The notes under the pieces: generated by a model
The model's input: the letters and a program-made list of their open reading frames with translations, nothing else
Told to the model about the DNA's origin: nothing
Databases searched by the model: none
Virus record (IMG/VR): IMGVR_UViG_3300046781_000054
Location: 1-64,000 of that record
Strand: one strand, 5' to 3'
Length of the DNA stretch: 64,000 nt
Origin: a virus
Translations under genes and position numbers: made by a program
Part shown: positions 55,916 through 64,000 of the stretch, piece by piece
Numbering within the stretch: position 1 is the stretch's first letter
How the letters are laid out: every line of letters starts with the position of its first letter

Positions 55916-57301
55916 TCAGACCTTCGGGATCTTCAGAGCGGCCCACGTTTTGGGGCCCGGGATGCCGTCGGCGTCGCCCTTGAGGTCGGCGCGGGACAGT
56001 TGGAACGCGCGGACGGCGGCCTTGTCGGCATTGGTCCAGTTCGGCCCCGGGCCGGTCTTATAGCTCTGACCGAAGCCGAGCGCGACGAGGCGGCGGCCCA
56101 TCGCGGTGACGATCGGCGAGTAGCGGCCACCGTGGAAGAACGCGGCACCGGGGAACGGCTCGTAGGCGGGCGCGGCCGTCGCGGACAGCTTCAGGACCTG
56201 CCCGACCTTGATCTCGTCGGCGTCCTTCAGACCGTTCGCGGAGACGAGCTTGGCGACGGTCGTGCCGTGGGCCTTGGCGATGCTGGTGAGCGTGTCGCCC
56301 TTCTTCACCGTGTACGTGCCCGTGCTGCTGCTCGTGCCGCCGCTGGACGCCTGAGTCGTCAGGTGGGCCAGGCGGCCGAGGACGTCCGCCGCATAGTCCC
56401 CGCCTGTGGTCACCGAATCCGGCGACTTCCCCGCCTTGATGGCGTCCTTCACACCGGTGAGGCCCGCGTTGTACGCGGCGACCGCCGGCCCCCAGCCGCC
56501 GAGCGCCTTGTAGTTGGCGGCGAGGAGCGTCGCGGCGTCCTCGGCCTGCTGACGCACGTTCTGGTCGTAGCCGTCGGGGATCGTCCACCAGCGGTCGTCG
56601 CGCTGCCAGACACCGTGCCCGTGGCCGCCGTCACCGACCTTGTTGGTCAGGTTCGTCTCCCGGGAGCCGACCGCGATCAGCAGGTTCGCGGGCAGGCCGT
56701 GGGTCTTCTCCACGGTGGGGATGAACGACCAGGTTTTCAGGGCGACGGTCTGCTGCTTGAGCATGGTGGCGGCCGTCTCGCGGGACTTCGGAACGATGCT
56801 GGAGCCTCCGACGAGCGCCTTGGCGCGCTTCACGATCTCCGGGAGCTGGGCCACGATCTTCGGGCCGGGGCATGCAGTGTGGCCACCCCAGTCGGCACCG
56901 CCCATGGCGTGGTAGCCGAGGCCCTTACCGCTGGGCGACTTGGCGACCTGCAGCGGCACGTCGTGCACCTTGTGCGCCCAGGCGAGGACCTGCGCGTTGC
57001 GGTCGAGCTGTGCGTCGGTGAGGGTGTCGCCGCCCTTGCCCTCGTTCTCCACCGACAGCCAGGTCCGATTGCCACTGGACTGCGCCCACGCGCGATCGGC
57101 CGTGCTCACCCACTGGTAGAGCAGGCCGGTCTTGCCGGTGCCGAAGTGGGATGACGCCTGCGCCTTCGGGTTGCGGAACCAGGAGTCCGTGCCTGCCAGC
57201 GTGCCCGCCATGATGTGGACGACGACGCCGCGGACTTCCTGCTGGCCGCCCTTGGTGCAGTTCGGGACGGGACGGTACGTCGCCCCAGACATGAGCGCCA
57301 T
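55916..57301 (-). CDS. endolysin: amidase_2, SLT/GH23-like, LysM and PG-binding domains
   Basis: VVVH..SSHF..AWAQ..SVENE..H.ACPG; SRET..GVWQ..AAYNAG; YTVKKGDTLTSIAK; ADGIPGPKTWAAL. Confidence 0.92.
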   Translation of the reverse strand: MALMSGATYRPVPNCTKGGQQEVRGVVVHIMAGTLAGTDSWFRNPKAQASSHFGTGKTGLLYQWVSTADRAWAQSSGNRTWLSVENEGKGGDTLTDAQLDRNAQVLAWAHKVHDVPLQVAKSPSGKGLGYHAMGGADWGGHTACPGPKIVAQLPEIVKRAKALVGGSSIVPKSRETAATMLKQQTVALKTWSFIPTVEKTHGLPANLLIAVGSRETNLTNKVGDGGHGHGVWQRDDRWWTIPDGYDQNVRQQAEDAATLLAANYKALGGWGPAVAAYNAGLTGVKDAIKAGKSPDSVTTGGDYAADVLGRLAHLTTQASSGGTSSSTGTYTVKKGDTLTSIAKAHGTTVAKLVSANGLKDADEIKVGQVLKLSATAAPAYEPFPGAAFFHGGRYSPIVTAMGRRLVALGFGQSYKTGPGPNWTNADKAAVRAFQLSRADLKGDADGIPGPKTWAALKIPKV

Positions 57302-57546
57302 CAGACGTCACCGTCCTCGGCGTCGTCGCTGGCGGCCATGCCCTGGACCTGGTCCTCGGGGGCGGTGTCGGCGACGGGCAGGTTCTGCATGCCTGCCGCG
57401 TCTTCGAGGGTGATCTCGCCGACCTTGGCGCCGGTGAGGTCGAAGACCGGCACGACGCCGTTGTCGTTCTCTGCGACGGTGATGCGCTGTGCGTCACCGG
57501 CCTGATCCTGTCCCTCGGTGTCGTCGACGGGACGAGGGTCTCCCAT
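57301..57546 (-). CDS. acidic hypothetical protein
   Basis: AGGAG RBS, overlap with endolysin. Confidence 0.65.
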   Translation of the reverse strand: MGDPRPVDDTEGQDQAGDAQRITVAENDNGVVPVFDLTGAKVGEITLEDAAGMQNLPVADTAPEDQVQGMAASDDAEDGDV

Positions 57547-57708
57547 GACGTGCTCCTGCGTTCTCCCCGCGCCCAGAGCTGGCTGTCGTGGCGGGCCACT
57601 GCTTGTGGCCGTCCCTCGGGGAGTGGAGCAGGAGGATGGAGGGTCATCCTGTGATCTCAGAGTACGGGCGGCAGGGGCCAGGTGTTGCCCCTGCCGCCGT
57701 ACGTGCGG

Positions 57709-58044
57709 CTACTCCTCTTCGGGCTGCGGGTCGAGCTTTGCCGCGGTGAGGATCTTGCAGTCGTGGTGGCAGACGCTGCAGTTCACCCGGATGTACGCGG
57801 GTTTGCCGTTGTTGGAGTAGAAATTGGGCTGGGTGCTGACGATGTTCTGGATCGTGCAGTCCTCGGTGAGGCACGCGAAGGTGATCGAGTACCAGGTGGC
57901 CGGTTCCCAGGTGATGGTGTCGCCCGGGCCGGGCGCCTCCGGGGGCGGTTCGGGCGTTGTGGGCGGCGGCTCAGTCGGAGAGGGCGGAGGTTCCTCCGGG
58001 ACGGTCCCCTCACCCGAGCCAGGTTCGAAATCTGATGCACTCAT
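57709..58044 (-). CDS. hypothetical tail-region protein
   Basis: ATGA overlap, Cys pairs. Confidence 0.65.
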   Translation of the reverse strand: MSASDFEPGSGEGTVPEEPPPSPTEPPPTTPEPPPEAPGPGDTITWEPATWYSITFACLTEDCTIQNIVSTQPNFYSNNGKPAYIRVNCSVCHHDCKILTAAKLDPQPEEE

Positions 58045-60671
58045 GCGCCGGTCACCTGCCAGTTCACAGTAGTAGCGGTCGTGTTCTCTCGGTTGACCCA
58101 TACGAGCGCCGACGAGGACGTCGTAGATGACATAGCGACACCAGTGACGCCGGCAGCCGATGGGGTTGCGTTGACGCGTGAGCCGGGCACGGTGGTCGCG
58201 GCGGTGGCGTAGCCGCGGAATGTGGTGCCTGCCAGCGTTGGGAAGGTCACCAGGGCGCTGGTGGGTGTGTTGGCGGCGCTGGGCGTGATACTCACGGAGC
58301 CGAACGCCATATTCCCGGCGGTCAGGATGCCGGTGAAGGCGACGTTGCCGTCCTTGTCGATGCGGAACTTTTCCACGCCGTTCTGCATGGCTCTCAGCAG
58401 GTAGCCGGTATGCGCGGCGAGAGCTTCGATGTAGAGGGCGCTGTTGTTGGAGGCGACGGGCAGGACTTGCAGGCGGCCGCCGTTGAGGGTGGCGAGGAGG
58501 GCTTCCACGATGAAAGACGTGTCCTGCGAGGGCGCGTCGGTGTTCTTGTAGTAGAGGCCTGCGGTGGTGGGGAAGAGACCTAGACGCCCGCCGATGATGG
58601 TGGCGGGGCTTCCGGTACGGAGGCGTTCGATGATGGCGGCGTCCCGGGCCAGATACTGGCGCCAGGCCATGTCGGTGTAGGAGCCGGATGTGAACTGCCC
58701 AGAGATCAATTCGAGGTTGGCGTCACCGATCGAGGGTTCTGTTACCTGCACGAAAGCCCTGTTGCTCTGGCCGGCATTCGAAAGAGAAATGTTGGGGTAG
58801 ACGGCGTTCGGGTTCAGGGAGAGGAGCGCGCCGGAGGTTCCCTTGACGATGAAGGCGGCCCCGGACAGGTCTCCGACCGGGTTGCCGGACGCATCGTAGA
58901 AGATGATTCTGTTGGCGTTGCCCTCGTTGACCGTGATGCGCTGCCCGCTGGCTGCGGTCTGGATGACAGCCCCGGTGATCGTCATGCCGTTGATCGCGGT
59001 CGCGGACAGGGCTGCCGCCGTAATCGACCCGGCCATGATCTTGTCGGCGGTGATGGCGTTCGCTGCGATCTTGTCCGCAGTGACGGCCAGCGCATCGAGT
59101 TTCGCGGTCGTCACCGCGCCCGCGGCCAGCTTGTCGGTGTTCACCGCGCCGGACGCGATCGTCGCCGTCTGCACCGCGCCCGCGATCAGCTTCGGCGTGC
59201 TGATCGCCCCATCAGCGATGTTCACGGTCTGCACGGCGCCAGTCTCGATGACCTCCACTGTGACCATGTTGACCTCGGCGGTGCCCGTGCCTCCGTTGTA
59301 GTTCGCGTAGAAGAGCGGACTGATGAACCGGGCATTGGCATGCAGCGCACCGGGAGTGTTCGGGGAGGGGGCCGCGGTGGAGGTTCCGTTGCCGGTCGCG
59401 TAGCCCTTCAGGTATCCGGTGAACCGCTGGAACCCGGCGCCCGCGGTCAGGTTCTGGGAGGCGACGGCCACGTAGTGCTGCGAGCTGGCGGCGGACGCTC
59501 CAGTCGTGTTGACGAGGGTCGTCCCGTCCGCTGCGATGCCTGCGACACCGCAGAACACGCGCTGCTGGGCGGTATCGCTGCCCGCAACGGTCTGCCGCAC
59601 CGTGAAGCTGATCCGGTAGAGGACGTTGGGGTCGAACGGAATCAGGATGTCGGGCCGCCACGCTGCGGTCACGCCGCCGACGGCCCGCATGACGTAGCTG
59701 CCGGACTGCGCATCCGTCACCGCCACCGATGTCAGACCGGGTATTGCCACGGCGGTCGTGGTGCTCGTGCCCAGAGAGCGCCACTTCGCCGCTTCGGCGC
59801 CGGTGTCGTACAGCTTCTGCACGACGGATGCCGCGGTCGTGACCGACAACTGGCTGGTCGTCACCGACCCGGCGACAACCCGGTCGCCATTCAGCGTGCC
59901 GACAGCGATCCGGTCGCCCTGGATCGAGTTCGCCACCATTTTCGGAGTGGTGATCGCCCCGTCTGCGATCTTTGTCGACCCGACCGCACCAGTGGCGATC
60001 TTCGCTTGGGTGACGGCGTCGTCGGCGAGGATCAGAGAGTTGACCGCCCCCGCCTGGATCTTCAGGTTGGTGACGGCGCCTGCCGCGATTTTCGCCTCGG
60101 TGACTGCGTCCGACGCCAGCTTCAGGGCGGTGATGGTGCCGTCCAGGACGTCGTTGGCGACGACCGGCGCCTTGCTGACAGGGCCGACCTGGTCCGATGG
60201 TGTGGACGCGGTGCCGGAGGTGTTGCGGGCCACCAGCCGCACGTACACGGGATCGTCGGTGGGGACGACAACAGTGGCGCCCTGCGCCGTCTCGATCGTG
60301 GACCGCAGCGTCTCCGGGAGCGGCGTGAACCCTGCCGCAGTGGAGGCGTGGACCTCGATGCGGGACCAGTCCAGCGGCAGGACCGCCCCGTTCGCGAACA
60401 GGCCGTCCCAGGTGGCCTGCACGCCCCCGAGGTACGGCGCGACGGCCGGGGCCGAAGGCTGCGGCGGCGGGGGCCCGTTGACGGCCTGCACACCGACCGT
60501 GCCGTCGCCCTGGGCCCCGACGATCGCCCGCAGGCTTCCGGTGCTGTCGTTCACCTGGAGGGCGGCGTTCTCGATGCTGCCGCCGTGCGCGTACCGGGAC
60601 CCCCGCTGTAGCTGTTCCACGGCGCGGCGCAGGCGGGCGACTTCCTCGGCCAGAGCACTGTTGGTGGGCAT
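58041..60671 (-). CDS. minor tail/tail fibre protein
   Basis: GAVT..KIAA 10-aa repeats flanking a carbohydrate-binding-like domain. Confidence 0.85.
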   Translation of the reverse strand: MPTNSALAEEVARLRRAVEQLQRGSRYAHGGSIENAALQVNDSTGSLRAIVGAQGDGTVGVQAVNGPPPPQPSAPAVAPYLGGVQATWDGLFANGAVLPLDWSRIEVHASTAAGFTPLPETLRSTIETAQGATVVVPTDDPVYVRLVARNTSGTASTPSDQVGPVSKAPVVANDVLDGTITALKLASDAVTEAKIAAGAVTNLKIQAGAVNSLILADDAVTQAKIATGAVGSTKIADGAITTPKMVANSIQGDRIAVGTLNGDRVVAGSVTTSQLSVTTAASVVQKLYDTGAEAAKWRSLGTSTTTAVAIPGLTSVAVTDAQSGSYVMRAVGGVTAAWRPDILIPFDPNVLYRISFTVRQTVAGSDTAQQRVFCGVAGIAADGTTLVNTTGASAASSQHYVAVASQNLTAGAGFQRFTGYLKGYATGNGTSTAAPSPNTPGALHANARFISPLFYANYNGGTGTAEVNMVTVEVIETGAVQTVNIADGAISTPKLIAGAVQTATIASGAVNTDKLAAGAVTTAKLDALAVTADKIAANAITADKIMAGSITAAALSATAINGMTITGAVIQTAASGQRITVNEGNANRIIFYDASGNPVGDLSGAAFIVKGTSGALLSLNPNAVYPNISLSNAGQSNRAFVQVTEPSIGDANLELISGQFTSGSYTDMAWRQYLARDAAIIERLRTGSPATIIGGRLGLFPTTAGLYYKNTDAPSQDTSFIVEALLATLNGGRLQVLPVASNNSALYIEALAAHTGYLLRAMQNGVEKFRIDKDGNVAFTGILTAGNMAFGSVSITPSAANTPTSALVTFPTLAGTTFRGYATAATTVPGSRVNATPSAAGVTGVAMSSTTSSSALVWVNRENTTATTVNWQVTGA

Positions 60672-61768
60672 CACACGTCCTCGGGGCTGCCGTAGTGGAA
60701 GGAGTCGGCGCGACGCAGCGTCAGGACTGCCTGGTCGGGGCTGTCGCCGGGCTTAAAGGAATCAGCGGTGATCCGAGACCAGCCGGTCCACGACACCCAC
60801 TCGTTGTTGACGGTGACTGGGACGTCGTCGCCGATCTGCCAGGAACCGAGCGGCGCAGACGGGTGGTCGCGGACGGTGATGGTCTGCACATCGCCCATGA
60901 CCTGCCGGTAGCGGCGCTCCGCGGTCGCGCGGCGGCCGAGGGCGTCATTGCCGTTGATGGTGGGCAGCGCCAGCGGCGACTCGATGCGCAGGTGCCCGTC
61001 GCGGGCGGGGCTGACGGCGAACCGGCGTGCGGTTCCTTCGCCGTCGCCGGTGGCGACAATGACGTTGGCGAAGTCGTCCCCGGAGTACGTGACAGGGGTA
61101 GAGGAGACGATGTTGACGCCGGTCGAGAACGAGATGTCCTTGCGGCGGGTACCGAGGCGGGGGAAGCCGAGCTTGATGCGACGCCGGATGGTGCCGTTGG
61201 CCTGCCAGGAGCAAGCGTTGGTGTACTGCGGAGCCCCGTCTTCGGAGACGAGGTCGTCGACCTGGTCGCCAAGGTTCGGGGATTCGTACCAGAACGACGC
61301 CCACGGCTCGGCTGGCGTGCCCGCCTTCGCGGTCGAGTTCGTGGAGTCGACGGTGACGCCGAGGTTCCCGTCGGGCTGCTCCTGCGCGTACGCCCAGATG
61401 TCCCGGATGATGACGCACGGGTCCTGGTAAACGTAGGGGCCGCGGCCGGCGAGGTTGCCGTGTTCGTCGATCCGCCGGTTTAGGTACGACGACCAGCCCG
61501 CGCCTTCCATGCGGAACTCAGAGCCTTCGGGTTCAACGGACCAGATAAGGCCGCCCCAGCGCAGAATCCCGGCGGCTTCCGCGTAGATGAGGGCGATGCC
61601 CGGCATGAGGGAGTCGACGTTGGCTCTCACCCAGCGGGGTGCGAGGGTCGCGGAGAAGCTGCCGGGCCCGTTGAGTTCGCTGGAGAACTCCACCTGCGAC
61701 AGGGGCAGCGCAGAGTGGAGTATCTCGCCGGTGAGGGCGTGCTGGGTGAAGTACCGCCACCGGGCCAT
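60671..61768 (-). CDS. minor tail/baseplate hub protein
   Basis: LNGPGSFS...WGGLIW; synteny after Dit. Confidence 0.8.
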   Translation of the reverse strand: MARWRYFTQHALTGEILHSALPLSQVEFSSELNGPGSFSATLAPRWVRANVDSLMPGIALIYAEAAGILRWGGLIWSVEPEGSEFRMEGAGWSSYLNRRIDEHGNLAGRGPYVYQDPCVIIRDIWAYAQEQPDGNLGVTVDSTNSTAKAGTPAEPWASFWYESPNLGDQVDDLVSEDGAPQYTNACSWQANGTIRRRIKLGFPRLGTRRKDISFSTGVNIVSSTPVTYSGDDFANVIVATGDGEGTARRFAVSPARDGHLRIESPLALPTINGNDALGRRATAERRYRQVMGDVQTITVRDHPSAPLGSWQIGDDVPVTVNNEWVSWTGWSRITADSFKPGDSPDQAVLTLRRADSFHYGSPEDV

Positions 61769-62713
61769 CTACAGGGCGCCTTCAGTGAACTCGATGTCGA
61801 TGTTGAACGTGGTGGTCGCGTCGACGCCGATCTTCGCGGCGTTCGAGGAGCGGGTGCGCATCCTCGATTTGAAGGCCTGCGTGGTGCCGCGCATTGCAGC
61901 GCCGGACGTGGTGGTCAGGTCGATCGTCTCGACCATCTGGACGGTGTTGCGTCGGGCGGCGGTGCCCTGGTTGTCGTCGATGCCGACCCACTGCGCGGCT
62001 TCGTAGGTGCCGAGCATGAACCGGAAGTTTCCCCAGGCGTTGCCGTCGACGAGGCGGATCCCGCACACGGTGAACACGACCTTCGCGTTGGCCGCCCAGG
62101 TGGGGATGGGAATGTTCTGCATGGTCAGGTTGGGGAAGGTCTGCCACGTCTCGGAGGTGCCGGAGATCTGCACCAGCGGGTCCTGCGCGTAGTACGGGTA
62201 CAGGGAGCGTTCCTTGCGCGGGTTGGCGACCTTCCGCAGATCCTTGATCATGGCGTTGGTGATGGTCGCCGTCGATGAGGGGATGTCAATGCGGGCCAGC
62301 GGGATCGCCGAGTAGCCGTTCGGCACCGTGGTGGCGCTGGAGGAGACGTTGGAGATGACGTCGAAGAAGGCAGCCGTGTCAGGGGTCTTGTTGCCCTCGT
62401 AGTTGGGGTCCTGGACACGGGCGACGAGCATGTCAGAGCGTCCGGTGCCGCCCGTCGCGGCGATGCTGACGGAGTCGGTGCCGACGTTGTAGACGTTGTA
62501 GGCGCCCTGCCCGGCCGCGTACACACCATTGATGACCGCCGACCCGGCGCCGATCTGAACGCCGGCCCCCGGAGTGGAGAGTGCGGACGGCTTCAGGTAA
62601 CCGCCCTGGGTAATGCCCTGGTTGCCTTGCGCCAGATCCTGGATCATCAGGCGCATCTGCTGTGCGGTGTGGGCGCCGCCGGTGACGGCGAACGGCGTCG
62701 TGATCAGTGCCAT
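61769..62713 (-). CDS. minor tail protein
   Basis: RSDMLVARVQDP...IPLARIDIP...IKDLR. Confidence 0.8.
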   Translation of the reverse strand: MALITTPFAVTGGAHTAQQMRLMIQDLAQGNQGITQGGYLKPSALSTPGAGVQIGAGSAVINGVYAAGQGAYNVYNVGTDSVSIAATGGTGRSDMLVARVQDPNYEGNKTPDTAAFFDVISNVSSSATTVPNGYSAIPLARIDIPSSTATITNAMIKDLRKVANPRKERSLYPYYAQDPLVQISGTSETWQTFPNLTMQNIPIPTWAANAKVVFTVCGIRLVDGNAWGNFRFMLGTYEAAQWVGIDDNQGTAARRNTVQMVETIDLTTTSGAAMRGTTQAFKSRMRTRSSNAAKIGVDATTTFNIDIEFTEGAL

Positions 62714-62725
62714 GCTCGGGGCCTC

Positions 62726-63625
62726 CTACAGGGCCTTGTAGGCGGGCCACCAGGTGACGGCCAGCGTGGATGTGAGGGTGTTGTCCGTCGCCGACCAGCG
62801 GATCTCGTTCACGCCCGGGGTGAGGACGAACTGGTCGATGCGCGAAGTCGGGGTGAGGGGGGCGGAGCCGCCGTTCTCGCGGAGCACGGTCCGCCAGCCG
62901 GGCCGGGTGTCGATCTCGACCCACTCCCCCGCAACGAGCGTCGTCTGCACCGTCAGGACCCGACCCGACGTGACGTGCGTGATCTTCGGGTTGGCGCACG
63001 GCCCGTTGACGCGGATCACCGGCCATGTCGGGGCTGTGCCCGTGACGGTGAGGTAGCCGGGCCGGCCGACGGCGGAGGCGTCACCGGCGATCGTGAACGG
63101 CATCTGCAGCGGGAACGTGACGCCGCCCTGGGTGAGGGAGCCGAGCGGCATCGACGTCGAGTCGGGCAGGTCGGTGTAGTACAGGTGGTCCTGGGCCTGG
63201 AACTCGATGTCGACCGGTCCGTAGCCGTGGATGATCGTGGAGGCGTCGGGTTCGAACTTGCGGAGACGGCCGCGGATCACCCGGCTGGGGCGTCCCGGGA
63301 ACTTCAGGCGTAGGTCCATGGTCGTGCCGCCCTGTGCCCGGACCTGGGCGGTGTCCGCCCTGTCCTGCAGCAGCGCCCAGGTGTCGAGGACTGTGGCCGC
63401 GCTGGCCGTGGCTGCCTTGACGGCTGCATCGATGCGCAGGGTGCGGCCGGCGTAGTAGTCGGCGCCCAGCCAGGTGCCGTCCTCTCCGGGAGGCTCGACA
63501 TCGCTGCTGCGCACCGTCGGCTGGCCCAGACCCTCGATCGTCTTGATGTCGACGGTCGTGCCGCGGCCAATGAGGACACCGCCGAGTTCGTGCTGGTAGT
63601 CGACCAGGTCGACGGGTGTACTCAT
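62726..63625 (-). CDS. distal tail (Dit-like) protein
   Basis: follows tape measure; WPVIRVNGP..NP...IDT...LTPGVNEI. Confidence 0.8.
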   Translation of the reverse strand: MSTPVDLVDYQHELGGVLIGRGTTVDIKTIEGLGQPTVRSSDVEPPGEDGTWLGADYYAGRTLRIDAAVKAATASAATVLDTWALLQDRADTAQVRAQGGTTMDLRLKFPGRPSRVIRGRLRKFEPDASTIIHGYGPVDIEFQAQDHLYYTDLPDSTSMPLGSLTQGGVTFPLQMPFTIAGDASAVGRPGYLTVTGTAPTWPVIRVNGPCANPKITHVTSGRVLTVQTTLVAGEWVEIDTRPGWRTVLRENGGSAPLTPTSRIDQFVLTPGVNEIRWSATDNTLTSTLAVTWWPAYKAL

Positions 63626-64000
63626 CGGGCTCCCACTCCCCCGCGGGCCAGCCGGCGCAGCTGGTAGGCGTTGTCGGCGTCGATACGGCGGGCGGTCGCC
63701 GCGGCGTCACCGCCGGAGGTGACGTGCCAGGTCTGGTTGCCGACCATCGGCGCGTCCTGGCGGATGATGACGACCCGACCGGCGGAGGCGTCGGTGAGGC
63801 CGACACCGAACCGGGAGGCGACGTCGGACAGGACGGGCAGGGCGCTGCGGCGCTTGTTCTGGCCGAGCGGGATGAACGCTTCCCCGCCGGTGGAGGGCTC
63901 GGCGAAGGTGACGGCGCCGCCCGCAGTGGAGTAGATCCCAGAACGGATGCCGCCGTTGGCGTACGCCAAGCCCTTGTTGGCCTTGACGAGGTCGGCGAGG
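63622..64000 (-). CDS. tape measure protein, C-terminal end (partial)
   Basis: YANGGI...FAEPSTGGEAFIPL. Confidence 0.8.
   Translation of the reverse strand, partial: LADLVKANKGLAYANGGIRSGIYSTAGGAVTFAEPSTGGEAFIPLGQNKRRSALPVLSDVASRFGVGLTDASAGRVVIIRQDAPMVGNQTWHVTSGGDAAATARRIDADNAYQLRRLARGGVGAR

Noticed and set aside
1-64000. Many long antisense or alternate-frame ORFs (e.g. 280-1578 +, 22355-24130 +, 40202-41797 +)
   Set aside because: Shadow ORFs typical of high-GC DNA; they overlap better-supported genes and lack motifs.
1-64000. tRNA/rRNA genes, reverse transcriptase or DGR
   Set aside because: No cloverleaf, RT motif or TR/VR pair recognised by eye; a tool scan is needed to exclude them fully.

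Overview
High-GC actinobacterial DNA, very probably Streptomyces. It reads as part of a temperate siphophage that also carries plasmid functions (a phage-plasmid, architecturally similar to pZL12/phiZL12-type elements). Left to right: (i) 1-7.1 kb: a leftward string of small genes separated by repeated hairpins, a divergent KorSA-like GntR repressor, an HTH-HNH gene and an iteron-containing initiator. (ii) 7-31 kb: accessory and early genes (HIT, NERD, LuxR, PAPS-reductase-like, SSB, WhiB fusion, RusA-like), including a TrmB/LuxR regulator divergent from a small secreted peptide with a repeated DSVW motif. (iii) 32.5-37 kb: ParAB with three parS-like palindromes, DciA and a second Rep. (iv) 37-46 kb: J-domain, second WhiB, C5 methyltransferase, Rad52/Sak, a tandem-RHH protein divergent from a stand-alone WYL gene, and GIY-YIG. 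(v) 46-50 kb: a Tn3-like MITE and a convergent pair of tyrosine recombinases, one apparently dead and one intact. (vi) 52-64 kb: lysis and tail genes. The best novelty candidates are the peptide-receptor pair (possible arbitrium-like signalling), a four-promoter regulon centred on the RHH/WYL locus, and the covarying intergenic hairpins. All calls are by eye from motifs; no searches were run.
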